DNA from: a virus
UHGV virus genome: UHGV-0217911
Strand: one strand, 5' to 3'
DNA: 43,385 nt
The notes beneath the pieces are model-generated. The model was not told where the DNA came from. It searched no databases and worked only from the letters and a program-made list of their open reading frames with translations. The position numbers and the translations under genes were made by a program. Of this stretch, positions 9,299 to 19,836 are shown piece by piece (position 1 is the stretch's first letter; the number at the start of each line of letters is the position of its first letter).

Positions 9299-10717
9299 AT
9301 GCCGATTCAGCAACTTCCGCTTATGAAAGGTGTCGGCAAAGATTTCAGAAACGCCGACTATATCGACTATCTGCCAGCGAATATGTTGGCTACACCCAAA
9401 GAAATCCTTAACAGCAGCGGATATCTTCGCTCATTCCCGGGCATTGCCAAACGTTCTGATGTGAATGGTGTATCGCGCGGTGTCGAGTACAACATGGCGC
9501 AGAATGCTGTTTATCGCGTTTGCGGTGGCAAGTTGTATAAGGGCGAAAGCGAGGTCGGTGATGTTGCCGGAAGTGGTCGCGTATCAATGGCGCATGGTCG
9601 AACATCTCAGGCGGTAGGCGTTAACGGGAAACTGGTCGAGTATCGCTATGATGGCACGGTTAAAACCGTCTCAAACTGGCCTACAGACAGCGGATTCACG
9701 CAGTATGAGTTAGGTTCTGTTCGTGACATTACGCGCTTACGCGGGCGTTATGCGTGGTCAAAAGACGGTACTGATTCATGGTTCATCACTGACCTTGAAG
9801 ACGAATCGCATCCTGACCGATACAGCGCACAATACCGCGCAGAATCACAGCCGGACGGAATCATCGGCATAGGTACATGGCGAGACTTCATCGTCTGCTT
9901 TGGTTCATCGACGATTGAATATTTCTCCCTGACTGGTGCAACCACAGTTGGTGCTGCTTTGTATGTCGCACAGCCATCGCTGATGGTGCAGAAAGGCATT
10001 GCCGGGACTTACTGCAAAACGCCATTCTCTGATTCATATGCGTTCATCAGCAATCCGGCAACAGGTGCGCCGTCTGTGTACATCATCGGCTCCGGTCAGG
10101 TATCACCAATCGCCAGCGCGAGCATTGAGAAAATTCTTCGCACCTACACTGCTGATGAACTGGCTGATGGCGTAATGGAGTCTCTGCGATTTGATGCGCA
10201 TGAGCTGCTGATTATCCATCTTCCGCGCCATGTCCTCGTATACGACGCATCTTCAAGCGCCAATGGTCCGCAATGGTGTGTGCTGAAAACAGGCCTGTAT
10301 GACGATGTGTACCGCGCTATCGACTTCATTTACGAAGGCAATCAGATAACGTGCGGCGATAAGCTGGAATCTGTTACCGGGAAACTGCAGTTCGATATAT
10401 CTTCACAATACGAAAAACAACAAGAGCATATTTTATATTCCCCTCTAATAAAGGCAGATAACGCTTTAATAAATGACCTTGAATTAGAAGCATCGGGCGG
10501 CGTGTGTGATAGAATAGATAAAATATTTATATCAGCCACTACAGATGGAATTAGTTACGGTCGTGAGCAAATGGTCGTATTACAAAAAACATTTGTATAT
10601 GACAATCGCGTTTTATGGCGAAAGGTTGGTCGAGTTAGACGCCTCATTGGATTTAAATTCAGAGTTATTGCAAAAGGTCCTGTCACATTATCAGGCCTTT
10701 CTATTCGTGTAACATAA
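9299..10717 (+). CDS. Tail hub / packaged-DNA stabilization protein (P22 gp10-like)
   Basis: 472 aa with near-identical blocks to P22 gp10 (MPIQQLP..KGVGKDF.NADYIDYLP, RGVEYN.AQNAVYRVCGGKLYKGESEVGDVAGSGRVSMAHGR). Confidence 0.85.
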   Translation: MPIQQLPLMKGVGKDFRNADYIDYLPANMLATPKEILNSSGYLRSFPGIAKRSDVNGVSRGVEYNMAQNAVYRVCGGKLYKGESEVGDVAGSGRVSMAHGRTSQAVGVNGKLVEYRYDGTVKTVSNWPTDSGFTQYELGSVRDITRLRGRYAWSKDGTDSWFITDLEDESHPDRYSAQYRAESQPDGIIGIGTWRDFIVCFGSSTIEYFSLTGATTVGAALYVAQPSLMVQKGIAGTYCKTPFSDSYAFISNPATGAPSVYIIGSGQVSPIASASIEKILRTYTADELADGVMESLRFDAHELLIIHLPRHVLVYDASSSANGPQWCVLKTGLYDDVYRAIDFIYEGNQITCGDKLESVTGKLQFDISSQYEKQQEHILYSPLIKADNALINDLELEASGGVCDRIDKIFISATTDGISYGREQMVVLQKTFVYDNRVLWRKVGRVRRLIGFKFRVIAKGPVTLSGLSIRVT

Positions 10718-10738
10718 ATCGAAACTCAAGGAGTAGAT

Positions 10739-11272
10739 ATGTTAAGTGAAAACGCAAAAGATATCGAAGGATATGAAGGACTGTACGCCATCACTAATGA
10801 TGGTAGAGTTTACTCGCATTCAAGAGTAAATTTGAGGGGACGTCTTATTAAGGGTAGGTGGCTGAAGCATAATCATAACGTAAATGGATATAAGTATGTG
10901 TGTTTATATAAGGATGGCGTAAAAAAGAACATACTAATACATAAGCTTGTTGCATCTCACTTTGTTGGTGGATTTGCTGAAGGGTTACAGGTAAATCATA
11001 TAGATGGTGATAAATACAATAATAACTATCTAAATCTTGAATGGGTTACTCCATCAGGAAACATCTCACACTCATATGGATTGGAGTCGAGAGGTAATGT
11101 AAAAGGAGAAAGGAATGGTAATTCTAAAATATCTAATGATGATGTCATAAAGATAAAAGAAATGGTTGCCAATGGATTTCCTCAGTGTGAAGTTGCTAAA
11201 TTATTTGGAATTCACAATTCAAAGGTTAGTAGAATTGTAAATGGCAAGGCATGGAGGCATGTTAATGGCTGA
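10739..11272 (+). CDS. HNH homing-type endonuclease (NUMOD4-like N-terminus, HNH core, C-terminal HTH)
   Basis: [17 protein letters not shown] motif, a NHIDGDK...N...LEWVT HNH core, and a C-terminal HTH ([17 protein letters not shown]). The gene is AT-rich and inserted between gp10 and the needle. Confidence 0.8.
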   Translation: MLSENAKDIEGYEGLYAITNDGRVYSHSRVNLRGRLIKGRWLKHNHNVNGYKYVCLYKDGVKKNILIHKLVASHFVGGFAEGLQVNHIDGDKYNNNYLNLEWVTPSGNISHSYGLESRGNVKGERNGNSKISNDDVIKIKEMVANGFPQCEVAKLFGIHNSKVSRIVNGKAWRHVNG

Positions 11273-12218
11273 TTCGAATCTCAATACACCTGTTATTGTT
11301 CAGGCGACGCGGCTCGATACATCAATCCTTCCACGCAATATCTTCTCGCAGTCATATCTGCTTTACGTTATCGCACAGGGCACTGATGTTGGTAACGTGG
11401 CTAACAAGGCCAACGAAGCAGGGAAGGGGGCTTATGATGCACAGGTGAAGAATGATGAGCAGGATGTCACCCTTGCAGACCATGAATCCAGAATTGCTGC
11501 TGCTGAAGCAACTCTCGTCAATCATGAACATAGAATCGCAGCAGCGGAAAGCACTCTTGCAGATCATGAAACAAGGATTACTGCTGCCGAAACAGAGCTG
11601 GCTGATCACGAGACGCGAATTGCTGCCAATGAATCTGAGTTAGCAAACCATGATGCGCGAATAACTCAGAATACAACCGATATCAACGCACTTGATACCA
11701 GGCTCACAGCGGCAGAGGGAAGTATTTCGACGCTACAAAGCACAGTTGGTGATCACTCAACAAGAATATCTGCGCTTGAGTATGCCACCACGCGCAAGAA
11801 ATCAGAGGTTGTTTACTCTGGCGTATCTGTAACCATTCCGACAGCGCCGACCAACCTTGTTAGCCTGCTGAAAACGCTCACGCCGTCATCCGGCTCGTTG
11901 GCACCATTCTTCGACACCGTTAACAACAAGATGGTTGTGTTCAACGAGAACAAAACCTTGTTCTTCAAGCTGTCGATTGTCGGGACGTGGTCCAGCGGAA
12001 CTGCTAACAGATCAATGCAGCTAACATTTTCCGGCTCTGTTCCTGACACACTGGTTAGCAGTCGTAATGCGGCAACAACAACCGACAACATCCTGTTAGC
12101 TACGTTCTTCAGCGTGGATAAAGACGGCTTTCTTGCCACAAATGGCAGTACGTTAACCATTCAGTCAAATGGTGCGGCGTTTACTGCCACAACCATCAAA
12201 ATCATTGCGGAGCAGTGA
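11265..12218 (+). CDS. Tail needle (P22 gp26-like) with extended C-terminal domain
   Basis: N-terminus [43 protein letters not shown] (gp26-like), followed by four or five tandem 14-residue coiled-coil repeats (LADHE.RIAAAE..) and a C-terminal domain of about 150 aa. Confidence 0.8.
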   Translation: MADSNLNTPVIVQATRLDTSILPRNIFSQSYLLYVIAQGTDVGNVANKANEAGKGAYDAQVKNDEQDVTLADHESRIAAAEATLVNHEHRIAAAESTLADHETRITAAETELADHETRIAANESELANHDARITQNTTDINALDTRLTAAEGSISTLQSTVGDHSTRISALEYATTRKKSEVVYSGVSVTIPTAPTNLVSLLKTLTPSSGSLAPFFDTVNNKMVVFNENKTLFFKLSIVGTWSSGTANRSMQLTFSGSVPDTLVSSRNAATTTDNILLATFFSVDKDGFLATNGSTLTIQSNGAAFTATTIKIIAEQ

Positions 12219-12697
12219 TGGAAATAAAGCTCATCGATAATCCGGTGAAGCTTGCAGAATTCCTCAACAACCCGGCAAACACGGGAAATATCGTAGACAG
12301 TGGAGACAAATACTACATCAAGCCTGATGCGGTATACCTCGGCATCTACGAAGGACTGATGCTGGTCGGAGTGCATGAAGTGCGTAACTTCTGGCATAGC
12401 GTTGTTGAATGCCATGCGGTGTACGACCCCGGATTCCGTGGCGAATATGCACTGCAAGGGCATCGATTATTCTGCAAATGGCTTCTCGAAAACTCACCAT
12501 TCCTTAACAGCATCACTATGGTTCCTGACACCACGAAATACGGACGGGCAATTATCCGTTTGCTTGGCGCTACCCGTGTTGGTCACCTTGATGATGCTTA
12601 TACCAGCAATGGAAAGCCTGTAGGCATCACGATTTATCAGTTACCGCGCTCAAAATACGAGGAGCTAAAGAATGTTAATTTTCCAGATTGCCAATAA
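12218..12697 (+). CDS. Ejection/assembly protein (P22 gp14-position)
   Basis: 160-aa ORF whose ATG overlaps the needle stop (ATGA); the call is by synteny with 26-14-7-20-16. Confidence 0.6.
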   Translation: MEIKLIDNPVKLAEFLNNPANTGNIVDSGDKYYIKPDAVYLGIYEGLMLVGVHEVRNFWHSVVECHAVYDPGFRGEYALQGHRLFCKWLLENSPFLNSITMVPDTTKYGRAIIRLLGATRVGHLDDAYTSNGKPVGITIYQLPRSKYEELKNVNFPDCQ

Positions 12698-13346
12698 GCA
12701 CCTCAGCAAAGCTGTTTACTGCAAAGGTGGCAGTGATGGCGGTTCAAAAGCCCAGGCACGCGCAACTGAAAAAGGTATCGAACTGCAGCGTGAAATGTGG
12801 CAGACGAACATGCAGAACCTTGCACCGTTCACGCCACTCGCTCAGCAGTACGTATCACAGTTGCAGAATCTTTCCTCTCTTCAGGGGCAAGGTCAGGCGC
12901 TTAACCAGTATTACAACTCTCAGCAGTATAAAGACCTTGCAGGGCAGGCGCGCTATCAGAGTCTGGCAGCAGCAGAGGCAACGGGTGGATTAGGCTCTAC
13001 AGCAACCGGAAACCAGCTGGCAGCAATCGCGCCTACACTCGGTCAAAACTGGCTGTCAGGTCAGATGAATAACTACAACAATCTGGCAAATATCGGCCTT
13101 GGTGCTCTTACAGGTCAGGCAAACGCCGGGCAGAACTACGCCAACAACGTCAGCCAGTTGTATCAACAGCAGGCAGCAGCATCTGCGGCTAATGCTAACC
13201 GACCATCAGGACTGCAATCAGCCTTGGGAGGTGCCATGAGCGGTGCGGCATCAGGGGCGATGATTGGCTCTGTGGTACCTGGAATAGGTACAGCTGTTGG
13301 CGCTATTGGTGGCGGTATTATTGGTGGTCTTGGATCATTGTTTTAA
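12672..13346 (+). CDS. Ejection protein (P22 gp7-like), Gln/Ala/Gly-rich with C-terminal glycine-zipper
   Basis: 224 aa of low-complexity Q/N/A/G-rich sequence ending in GAMIGSVVPGIGTAVGAIGGGIIGGLGSLF, in the syntenic position. Confidence 0.7.
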   Translation: MLIFQIANKHLSKAVYCKGGSDGGSKAQARATEKGIELQREMWQTNMQNLAPFTPLAQQYVSQLQNLSSLQGQGQALNQYYNSQQYKDLAGQARYQSLAAAEATGGLGSTATGNQLAAIAPTLGQNWLSGQMNNYNNLANIGLGALTGQANAGQNYANNVSQLYQQQAAASAANANRPSGLQSALGGAMSGAASGAMIGSVVPGIGTAVGAIGGGIIGGLGSLF

Positions 13347-13355
13347 GGTGGGAAT

Positions 13356-14732
13356 ATGGCTACTTGGCAACAAGGAATCAACTCAGGCGGCTTTCTTGCT
13401 GGTATCGGTGGGCAAAACTCAAATGCGCCAAAGGCAAGTGATGTAAGTGAGGCGTTGGCCTATATTCGCCAGAACAACGAAATGGAGCGCTCAGGTCGCA
13501 ATAACATCGGCCTTCAGGCGTTGCAGGGACTTGGTAGTGTCGCTCAAACATATAAAGCCGCAAAGCAACAGGAAGCGGATGCTGCATTCCAAAAAGAATA
13601 TGCGGCAGCCATCCAGTCAGGTGATCGACAGCAGGTGCGAGATCTGATGACCAAATATCCTCGTCAATTAGAGAAGATTCAGTCTGGTATGAAGTGGGCA
13701 GACGAAGACCAGCGCAATTCTATCGGCACCTTAGCAGCTGGCGCACGCCTTGCGGCCTCGTCTCCAGAAGCAATGCAATCATGGCTGCAAAACAACGCCA
13801 AGGAACTGGCGCGCGTCGGCGTTGACCCTAACAACGTTGCTCAGATGTATCAGCAGAATCCTTCAGGATTTGGTGAGTTTGTTGATCACCTTGGAATGGC
13901 CGCGCTTGGTCCAATTGATTACTTCAATGTTCAGGACAAGATGGCTGGTCGTGAGATTGATCGCGGAAAACTTGCAGAGACAATCCGCAGCAATCAGGCT
14001 GGCGAGGCGCTAACAGCACGTGGTCAGAATATCACGATGCGCGGTCAGGATTTATCGATGCAGAGAGCATCAATGAAAGGATCGGTTGGGAATAATGAGC
14101 GTACAGTTCAGTTAGCAGATGGCAGAACTGTAACGGTAGGCGGGAAGCTTCACGGCGCTGGGGCTAATGCGTTCTACGAAGGTATCGACAACGAGGGGAA
14201 TATGGTTCGCGTCCCTGCTGGCTCTATTGCCGCTCCGGCTACATCGGCAGCAAGCGCGCAGAATTACGCAATGAAGAAAGATCTTGATGCAATTTCTGGT
14301 GCATCAATTGACGATCTTGGCTTCATGACTGGCATTACAGGCTCTTCAGGTTCTCCTGCTCTTGGTGCAGATATTCGTAGCCGTGCATCTGGTGGTGATC
14401 AGAGGAAACTATACAACGCTGCACAGCGAATCCAAGGAAAGATGCAGAATCAGGGCATTGCAGCAGCCAGAGACATGGGGGCATCCGGTATCAACACCGT
14501 TGCAGAAGCAAAGATGTATTTTCAAGGTATGCCACAGGTTGATTTCTCAAGCCCTGAAGCACTGCAACAATCAATGCGCGACATTCAGCAATATACCGAC
14601 AATTACAACCAGCAATATAACGTTAATGTCGGTAATGGAGGGAAGAAATCATCAATGCAACAGCCGCCTACTCAGCAATCAGCAGGAGGTAGCTACACGT
14701 CAAAATCAGGCATTCAATTTACGGTGGAATGA
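13356..14732 (+). CDS. Ejection protein (P22 gp20-like)
   Basis: 458 aa; synteny and composition. Confidence 0.7.
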   Translation: MATWQQGINSGGFLAGIGGQNSNAPKASDVSEALAYIRQNNEMERSGRNNIGLQALQGLGSVAQTYKAAKQQEADAAFQKEYAAAIQSGDRQQVRDLMTKYPRQLEKIQSGMKWADEDQRNSIGTLAAGARLAASSPEAMQSWLQNNAKELARVGVDPNNVAQMYQQNPSGFGEFVDHLGMAALGPIDYFNVQDKMAGREIDRGKLAETIRSNQAGEALTARGQNITMRGQDLSMQRASMKGSVGNNERTVQLADGRTVTVGGKLHGAGANAFYEGIDNEGNMVRVPAGSIAAPATSAASAQNYAMKKDLDAISGASIDDLGFMTGITGSSGSPALGADIRSRASGGDQRKLYNAAQRIQGKMQNQGIAAARDMGASGINTVAEAKMYFQGMPQVDFSSPEALQQSMRDIQQYTDNYNQQYNVNVGNGGKKSSMQQPPTQQSAGGSYTSKSGIQFTVE

Positions 14733-16618
14733 TGAAAGTAACTGCAAACGGTAAGACATTTACCTTCCCTGATGGTACGAGCACGGAAGATATTGGCACC
14801 GCCATTGATGAGTATTTTGCTGGTCAGGCTGTTCAGCAACAAACAGTTAATCAGGCCAATAATGAACCAGCACGTGAAGAACCATCATTGATGCAACAAG
14901 CTGGCGATTGGCTCACAGGTGGTCAAAGTGCAGGGCAAATTGCAGAGCAGGCTGGTCGTGGTCTGGTAAACATACCATTTGACGTATTACAGGGTGGCGC
15001 AAGTCTGATTAATGCAATCAGTCAGGGGCTTGGTGGGCCAAAAGTATTGGATGATGTCTATCGTCCAGTCGATCGACCGACAGACTCTTACGCGCAAGCC
15101 GGTGAAACAATTGGTGGGTATCTCCTGCCAATTGGCACAGCGGCAAAAGCTGCTGGAGCGACAGCAAAGCTCGCAGGAGACATCGGTTCCGCAGGAAACA
15201 TGATTGCAGGTTCTCTTGCTGATGCCGCAAATCAGAAAGGCGATTTCGCACAAAATGCAGCTAAAAATGCCGGAGTTAACCTTGCCGCTCAGGGTGTTCT
15301 TTCCGCAGCAGCAAAGGGAATAGGGCGTGGAATAACGGCTATAAAAGGTGATATTGCGCCAGAAGTGGCGAAGAAAATTGCCACATCAGAATCGATGGGC
15401 GTGACACCAATGACATCTGATGTTATCCCGCCGAAAAATGCTTTCACTCGTGGCCTTACTCAGGATGCCGAGGGTGCTTTGCTCGGGACAGGCTCAAAGC
15501 GAGCGGAGCAATATGCAACGCGTAGTAAACTGGTAAGCAATTATTTTGACCGTTTTGGTGAGTACAACCCTGATGATGTGGTGAAATCTCTTACCACCAC
15601 GTTAAGGGGGCGGAAGGATGCCGCTGGCGCTGTTATCAATGACGTCACCAATAAAATGGGTAATGCCGCAGTTGATACCACAAATACCATGAATGCTCTG
15701 AATACAGCGATCGCAAGACAGGAACGGCTTGGGACGTCTGCCAATCAAAGCCTGCTTACATCCTTGCGTAACCTACGTGAAGAATTAGCAAACCCTGCAA
15801 CTGATTTGGATGTTACGTTTGATCTCTTGCGTCAGCACAGAACAGCATTTAGATCTAATGTTCAGGGAGATGCTATGGTCTTCCCCAACCAGGCAAAAGC
15901 AGCTACCAATATGGTAGAGAATGCAATGTCAAAAGACCTTCGTAACGCAGTTGCTAAAAACCTCGGTGCATCAGACGCAGCAAAATACCTTAAAGCAAAT
16001 TCCGATTATGCAAACGTTTATAATAAGGTGCTTAATAAAAACATTGCCAACAAGCTCAACAAGGCAAGCAGTGAAGCCAGTCCTGAACTTATAAATACCG
16101 TTGTATTAAGCAGAAAACCATCTGACGTGAAACGAATCTGGAGCGCACTGGATGATAAGGGGAAAGATGCTATGCGTGCAGCTTACGTCAGCAAAATAGC
16201 GGAAAAGGCCGGTGACTCTCCAGCCAAGTTCATCACGGAAGTTAATAAGCTGAAATCTCAGTCAGGCGGTGAAATTTACAACACTATTTTTTCTGGAAAG
16301 CACATGAAAGAACTTGATGCTCTTCATGAAGTTCTACAGCAAACAGCAAGATCAGACACCGCAAATGTAGTAACTCAGACGGGGCAATCGCAAGCCAACA
16401 GGATAAGGACGATTGGCGCAACTACGACTCTTGGCGTATCAATGGGGCTTGAGGCTGGTTTCGGTGCAATGATGCGCTTGTATGAATCCAAAGCAGCAAG
16501 GAATGCGCTCTTACGTCTGGCAAACACTAAAGCTGGAACGCCAGCTTATGAAAGAGCGCTAAATCAGGCGGCTACTGCCGTGCGCCCGCTCTTAGTTAAC
16601 GAAGCTACCCGGCAGTAG
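14729..16618 (+). CDS. Ejection protein (P22 gp16-like)
   Basis: 629 aa; synteny and overlapping start with the upstream gene. Confidence 0.7.
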   Translation: MMKVTANGKTFTFPDGTSTEDIGTAIDEYFAGQAVQQQTVNQANNEPAREEPSLMQQAGDWLTGGQSAGQIAEQAGRGLVNIPFDVLQGGASLINAISQGLGGPKVLDDVYRPVDRPTDSYAQAGETIGGYLLPIGTAAKAAGATAKLAGDIGSAGNMIAGSLADAANQKGDFAQNAAKNAGVNLAAQGVLSAAAKGIGRGITAIKGDIAPEVAKKIATSESMGVTPMTSDVIPPKNAFTRGLTQDAEGALLGTGSKRAEQYATRSKLVSNYFDRFGEYNPDDVVKSLTTTLRGRKDAAGAVINDVTNKMGNAAVDTTNTMNALNTAIARQERLGTSANQSLLTSLRNLREELANPATDLDVTFDLLRQHRTAFRSNVQGDAMVFPNQAKAATNMVENAMSKDLRNAVAKNLGASDAAKYLKANSDYANVYNKVLNKNIANKLNKASSEASPELINTVVLSRKPSDVKRIWSALDDKGKDAMRAAYVSKIAEKAGDSPAKFITEVNKLKSQSGGEIYNTIFSGKHMKELDALHEVLQQTARSDTANVVTQTGQSQANRIRTIGATTTLGVSMGLEAGFGAMMRLYESKAARNALLRLANTKAGTPAYERALNQAATAVRPLLVNEATRQ

Positions 16619-16640
16619 CACTGTAAGCCAAGGACGGCAT

Positions 16641-17135
16641 TTATTTTATAGTTTTTATGAATTCTTTATTAAATCCCTTCGCTTCTCCGGGGTATCTTCC
16701 GAAGACAATTTTTATAAAAACAGAAAAAATAAAGATAGCAACGCTTAACAACAATTGCAGTATCATTGGAACCCAAAGAACTACAGGCTCTATATTCATG
16801 AAACCAAATATTCTTCCGGCGATCATGGCGAAGTACCACACTGTTATCAGCAAACTTAGTGGCATATGAATTACTGATATTACCAATCCAAGAGCATCAG
16901 TAATTCTGTTTTCAAATTTTTCAGGGGAAAACTTTTCTTTAAGGTAATTCAGTGCGCAGGCCTCATTCTCTGGATTTTCAGCATTTTTCCCTATAGCAAT
17001 AGAAATCTCAGATATCCTTGATTCAATTCTTTTACGTTTAATAAAACTAGAAAAAAAGAACCACGCAATCTGCAACCCTATCCCCAGAAATAGAGTTGCG
17101 GCAACTAGCACAGCGTAACTCATAGAATCAGACAC
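16641..17135 (-). CDS. Multi-pass inner-membrane protein in the SieA position (candidate superinfection-exclusion protein)
   Basis: AT-rich minus-strand ORF with three or four hydrophobic helices, between the ejection genes and the immI region. A strong SD (AAGGAGG at 17141-17147) precedes an in-frame GTG at 17135; an ATG at 17123 is the alternative start. Confidence 0.55.
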   Translation of the reverse strand: MSDSMSYAVLVAATLFLGIGLQIAWFFFSSFIKRKRIESRISEISIAIGKNAENPENEACALNYLKEKFSPEKFENRITDALGLVISVIHMPLSLLITVWYFAMIAGRIFGFMNIEPVVLWVPMILQLLLSVAIFIFSVFIKIVFGRYPGEAKGFNKEFIKTIK

Positions 17136-17291
17136 ACCAACCTCCTTAGTTTTGCGCAGGATACCAGATGATAATGTGTAGTTGGAGTAGCGCGGTTGTA
17201 ATGCAAGCATTTTGTTTTGGTTTTATGCTTGCTTGTATGTGTGTACAGTGCATATAATGCAAGCATACATCACAATAAAGGTGCTTGCATT

Positions 17292-18278
17292 ATGACTGAA
17301 AAGAAAAGTGGCGAAGGGAAAGCTAAGGGCGGGATCGCTCGCGCAAAGTCGCTGACTAAAGAGCAGCGTTCTGAAATAGCAAAGAAAGCAGCGGCAAAAC
17401 GATGGGAAGGTAAGCCACTAAGAGCGATCAGAAAGGGTAACTTCATTGATGATTTCGGCATTGATGCAGAATGTTACGTACTTGATGATAATGATAAAAC
17501 GGTTGTAGTTAGTAAAACTGGTCTGGCTAAATTACTAGGAATCGGTGAGCATGGTAGGGATGTAGACCGTTTTCTAAATACGAATTATATGGCTGATTTT
17601 GTTGATCCATTTCTGCTAGAAAAATTCAAAAAACCTCTTATTTTTCAATGGAGAAGTCCGGTCCCAAACTCAGCCCCAAATCCACTCGCTGATGAGGCTC
17701 ATGGTTACGATATTGCCCTTATTGGTGATATAGCCACAGCAATGATTAATGCCGATCGAGCTGGCGCACTACCGCCTTCAAGATCAAAATCTGCCAGCCT
17801 TGCCCAAAGACTTGTTACCGCATCAATGAAAGCAGGGCTTAAAGGACTTGGTTATGCTATTGCAGGATATCGACCTGAAGTACAGGAGGTTATTGATTCC
17901 TTCAAGGCCTTTGTTCGTGAAGAGGCGAGGCAGTATGAAAAGGAATTTCCAGATGAGCTATATGAGGAGTGGTATCGACTGTACGGCCTGAACAGGCCAG
18001 AGAAAGGACGTCCAATTCGTTTTGGGCAACTAACCAACATGCAGATATACACTCCGCTAGCAAAGAGTAAAGGTAAAATCCTTGAACAGATTCGAGCCAG
18101 CCGAGACGAGAACGGAAAACAATCTGATAAGTTGCACCTGTTCCTTTCTGAAATTGGTGTCAAGGCTTTGCGTCAGCATATCGGTAAGCTTCTTGGTGTC
18201 GCAGCGATGAGCGAGACAAGAGAAGAATACGAAAAAGGAATAGAAAAGGTTTTTGGAAGAATAAAACCAGAAATCTAA
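17292..18278 (+). CDS. Hypothetical phage protein (hkcC-position of the immI region)
   Basis: ATG at 17292 lies behind a TATAAT box and repeated ATGCAAGCAT motifs; 328 aa with a basic N-terminus (GGIARAKSLTKEQRSEIAKKAAAKRW). Confidence 0.6.
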   Translation: MTEKKSGEGKAKGGIARAKSLTKEQRSEIAKKAAAKRWEGKPLRAIRKGNFIDDFGIDAECYVLDDNDKTVVVSKTGLAKLLGIGEHGRDVDRFLNTNYMADFVDPFLLEKFKKPLIFQWRSPVPNSAPNPLADEAHGYDIALIGDIATAMINADRAGALPPSRSKSASLAQRLVTASMKAGLKGLGYAIAGYRPEVQEVIDSFKAFVREEARQYEKEFPDELYEEWYRLYGLNRPEKGRPIRFGQLTNMQIYTPLAKSKGKILEQIRASRDENGKQSDKLHLFLSEIGVKALRQHIGKLLGVAAMSETREEYEKGIEKVFGRIKPEI

Positions 18279-18281
18279 TTA

Positions 18282-18309
18282 TAAAACCCACCGTCAGGTG
18301 GGTTTTTTG
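18282..18309. terminator. Bidirectional rho-independent terminator between the hypothetical gene and mnt
   Basis: ACCCACC-gtca-GGTGGGT stem flanked by an A-run and a T-run. Confidence 0.6.
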
Positions 18310-18533
18310 TTTTCTTGCATGTTCCTCAGCGTCTCAAGCAGCGCATCCCTGAATTTGTCAGCCTCTTTCTGAGCAAATTCATTGCTATTAAGCGATCTAC
18401 CACAAACAGCATCTTCGATAATCTGTATTATTTCAGCATTCATGGAACGCTTGTTATGTTGCGCCCTGGCTTTAACCTTTGCCTTTAACTCTTTGGAAAT
18501 CCTAATATTTATTTGCGGCTCTTCGCGTGACAT
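18294..18533 (-). CDS. mnt: Mnt-like ribbon-helix-helix repressor
   Basis: 79 aa; the N-terminal beta-strand/helix pattern INIRISKELKAKVKARAQHNKRSMNAEIIQIIEDAV is Arc/Mnt-like, and the gene is divergent from arc-ant. Confidence 0.7.
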   Translation of the reverse strand: MSREEPQINIRISKELKAKVKARAQHNKRSMNAEIIQIIEDAVCGRSLNSNEFAQKEADKFRDALLETLRNMQENKKPT

Positions 18534-18585
18534 ACCACCTCCATAGCATTTTGGTGATATTACTATTGCATCACTGCGATCACAA

Positions 18586-18604
18586 TGGTATAACGGTTAT
18601 ACCA
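18586..18604. promoter_or_regulatory. Perfect 19-bp palindrome TGGTATAACGGTTATACCA (candidate Arc/Mnt operator)
   Basis: Perfect 9-1-9 inverted repeat in the mnt/arc divergent intergenic region, about 18 bp upstream of the arc ATG. Confidence 0.5.
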
Positions 18605-18621
18605 AATTGATTGGAGGTAAT

Positions 18622-18795
18622 ATGATAGTCAAGTCAGACGCACCAAAGTACCCTTTGCGCATCCCATTAGAGGTTAAGTTAGCAATCGAGAAGTCAGCGA
18701 AAGAAAATGGTCGCTCAATAAATACCGAGATGGTAATGCGGTTGGTGGATAGTTTAAGGCGGGATAGTTCTAAAGGTAATCTAGCAAAAAGTTGA
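18622..18795 (+). CDS. arc: Arc-like ribbon-helix-helix repressor
   Basis: 57 aa; PLRIPLEVKLAIEKSAKENGRSINTEMVMRL matches the Arc RHH pattern, with GGAGG 5 nt upstream of the ATG. Confidence 0.7.
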   Translation: MIVKSDAPKYPLRIPLEVKLAIEKSAKENGRSINTEMVMRLVDSLRRDSSKGNLAKS

Positions 18796-18857
18796 AGCCC
18801 CAACTGCGGTAACAGTCAGGGCTTCGTTATCAACAAATCGGCTTAGGAAATATTGAC

Positions 18858-19736
18858 ATGAAAAGTATAGCAAAGGCACAAAACGATTTCACCATCTTCA
18901 AATTCGGCGACAGTGAAATCCGCGTCATCAACAAGTGCGGTGAGCCGTGGTTTGTAGCTAAAGATGTTTGTGATGCTTTAGCTTTGACTAACTCACGCAA
19001 GGCGCTTACTGCACTTGATGACGATGAAAAGGGAGTAACTTTAAGTTACACCCTTGGTGGTGAGCAGAATCTAAGCATTGTGAGCGAATCAGGTATGTAT
19101 ACATTGGTTCTGCGCTGCCGCGATGCAGTCAATAAAGGTTCAGTCCCACACAAATTCCGCAAGTGGGTAACAGCAGAAGTTCTGCCTTCAATTCGCAAAC
19201 ATGGCGAGTATGTTAAAGGAAAGAAAACCACTGTTGAGGAAAGAACACCGCTACGCGATGCAGTAAACATGCTGGTAGGAAAGAAAGGACTTCGCTATGA
19301 CGATGCATACAATATGGTTCATCAGCGTTTTGGTATTGACAGCATTGATGAACTTTCAATTGAACAAATCCCGCTGGCAGTAGAGTACATCCACAGGGTA
19401 GTGCTTGAAGGTGAATTTATCGGCAAACAAGAGAAGAAAACCAACGAGCTTTCTGCAAAAGAAGCAAACAGCCTTGTATGGTTATGGGATTATGCCAACC
19501 GCTCACAGGCATTATTCCGCGAACTGTATCTGGCGCTAAAACAAATTCAATCGAACTATTCCGGCAGATGCTACGACTATGGCCATGAGTTCTCGTATGT
19601 TATCGGAATGGCGAGAGACGTTTTAATCAATCACACACGAGATGTTGATATTAATGAGCCAGACGGACCAACGAATCTTTCCGCATGGATGAGACTTAAG
19701 AATAAAGAATTACCTCCTTCAGTACATAACTACTGA
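18858..19736 (+). CDS. ant: Antirepressor (Ant) with Bro-N/AntA-like N-terminal domain
   Basis: 292 aa; [15 protein letters not shown]...[18 protein letters not shown] is the Bro-N pattern, and the gene follows arc. Confidence 0.8.
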   Translation: MKSIAKAQNDFTIFKFGDSEIRVINKCGEPWFVAKDVCDALALTNSRKALTALDDDEKGVTLSYTLGGEQNLSIVSESGMYTLVLRCRDAVNKGSVPHKFRKWVTAEVLPSIRKHGEYVKGKKTTVEERTPLRDAVNMLVGKKGLRYDDAYNMVHQRFGIDSIDELSIEQIPLAVEYIHRVVLEGEFIGKQEKKTNELSAKEANSLVWLWDYANRSQALFRELYLALKQIQSNYSGRCYDYGHEFSYVIGMARDVLINHTRDVDINEPDGPTNLSAWMRLKNKELPPSVHNY

Positions 19737-19754
19737 CAGATAACCAACGCAACG

Positions 19755-19779
19755 ACCCAGCTTCGGCTGGGTTTTTTTA
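19755..19779 (+). terminator. Rho-independent terminator after ant
   Basis: CCCAGC-ttcg-GCTGGG hairpin followed by TTTTTTT. Confidence 0.65.
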
Positions 19780-19836
19780 TGCCCAAAATTCATCGTAGCC
19801 ATGCTGCGGCGATTCCTTGTATCTGGAGCAAATTAA

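Noticed and set aside
14362-14754. 130-aa plus-strand ORF overlapping the 3' end of the gp20-like gene
   Set aside because: It is an alternative frame inside gp20, whose frame is supported by synteny and by start/stop overlap with gp16.
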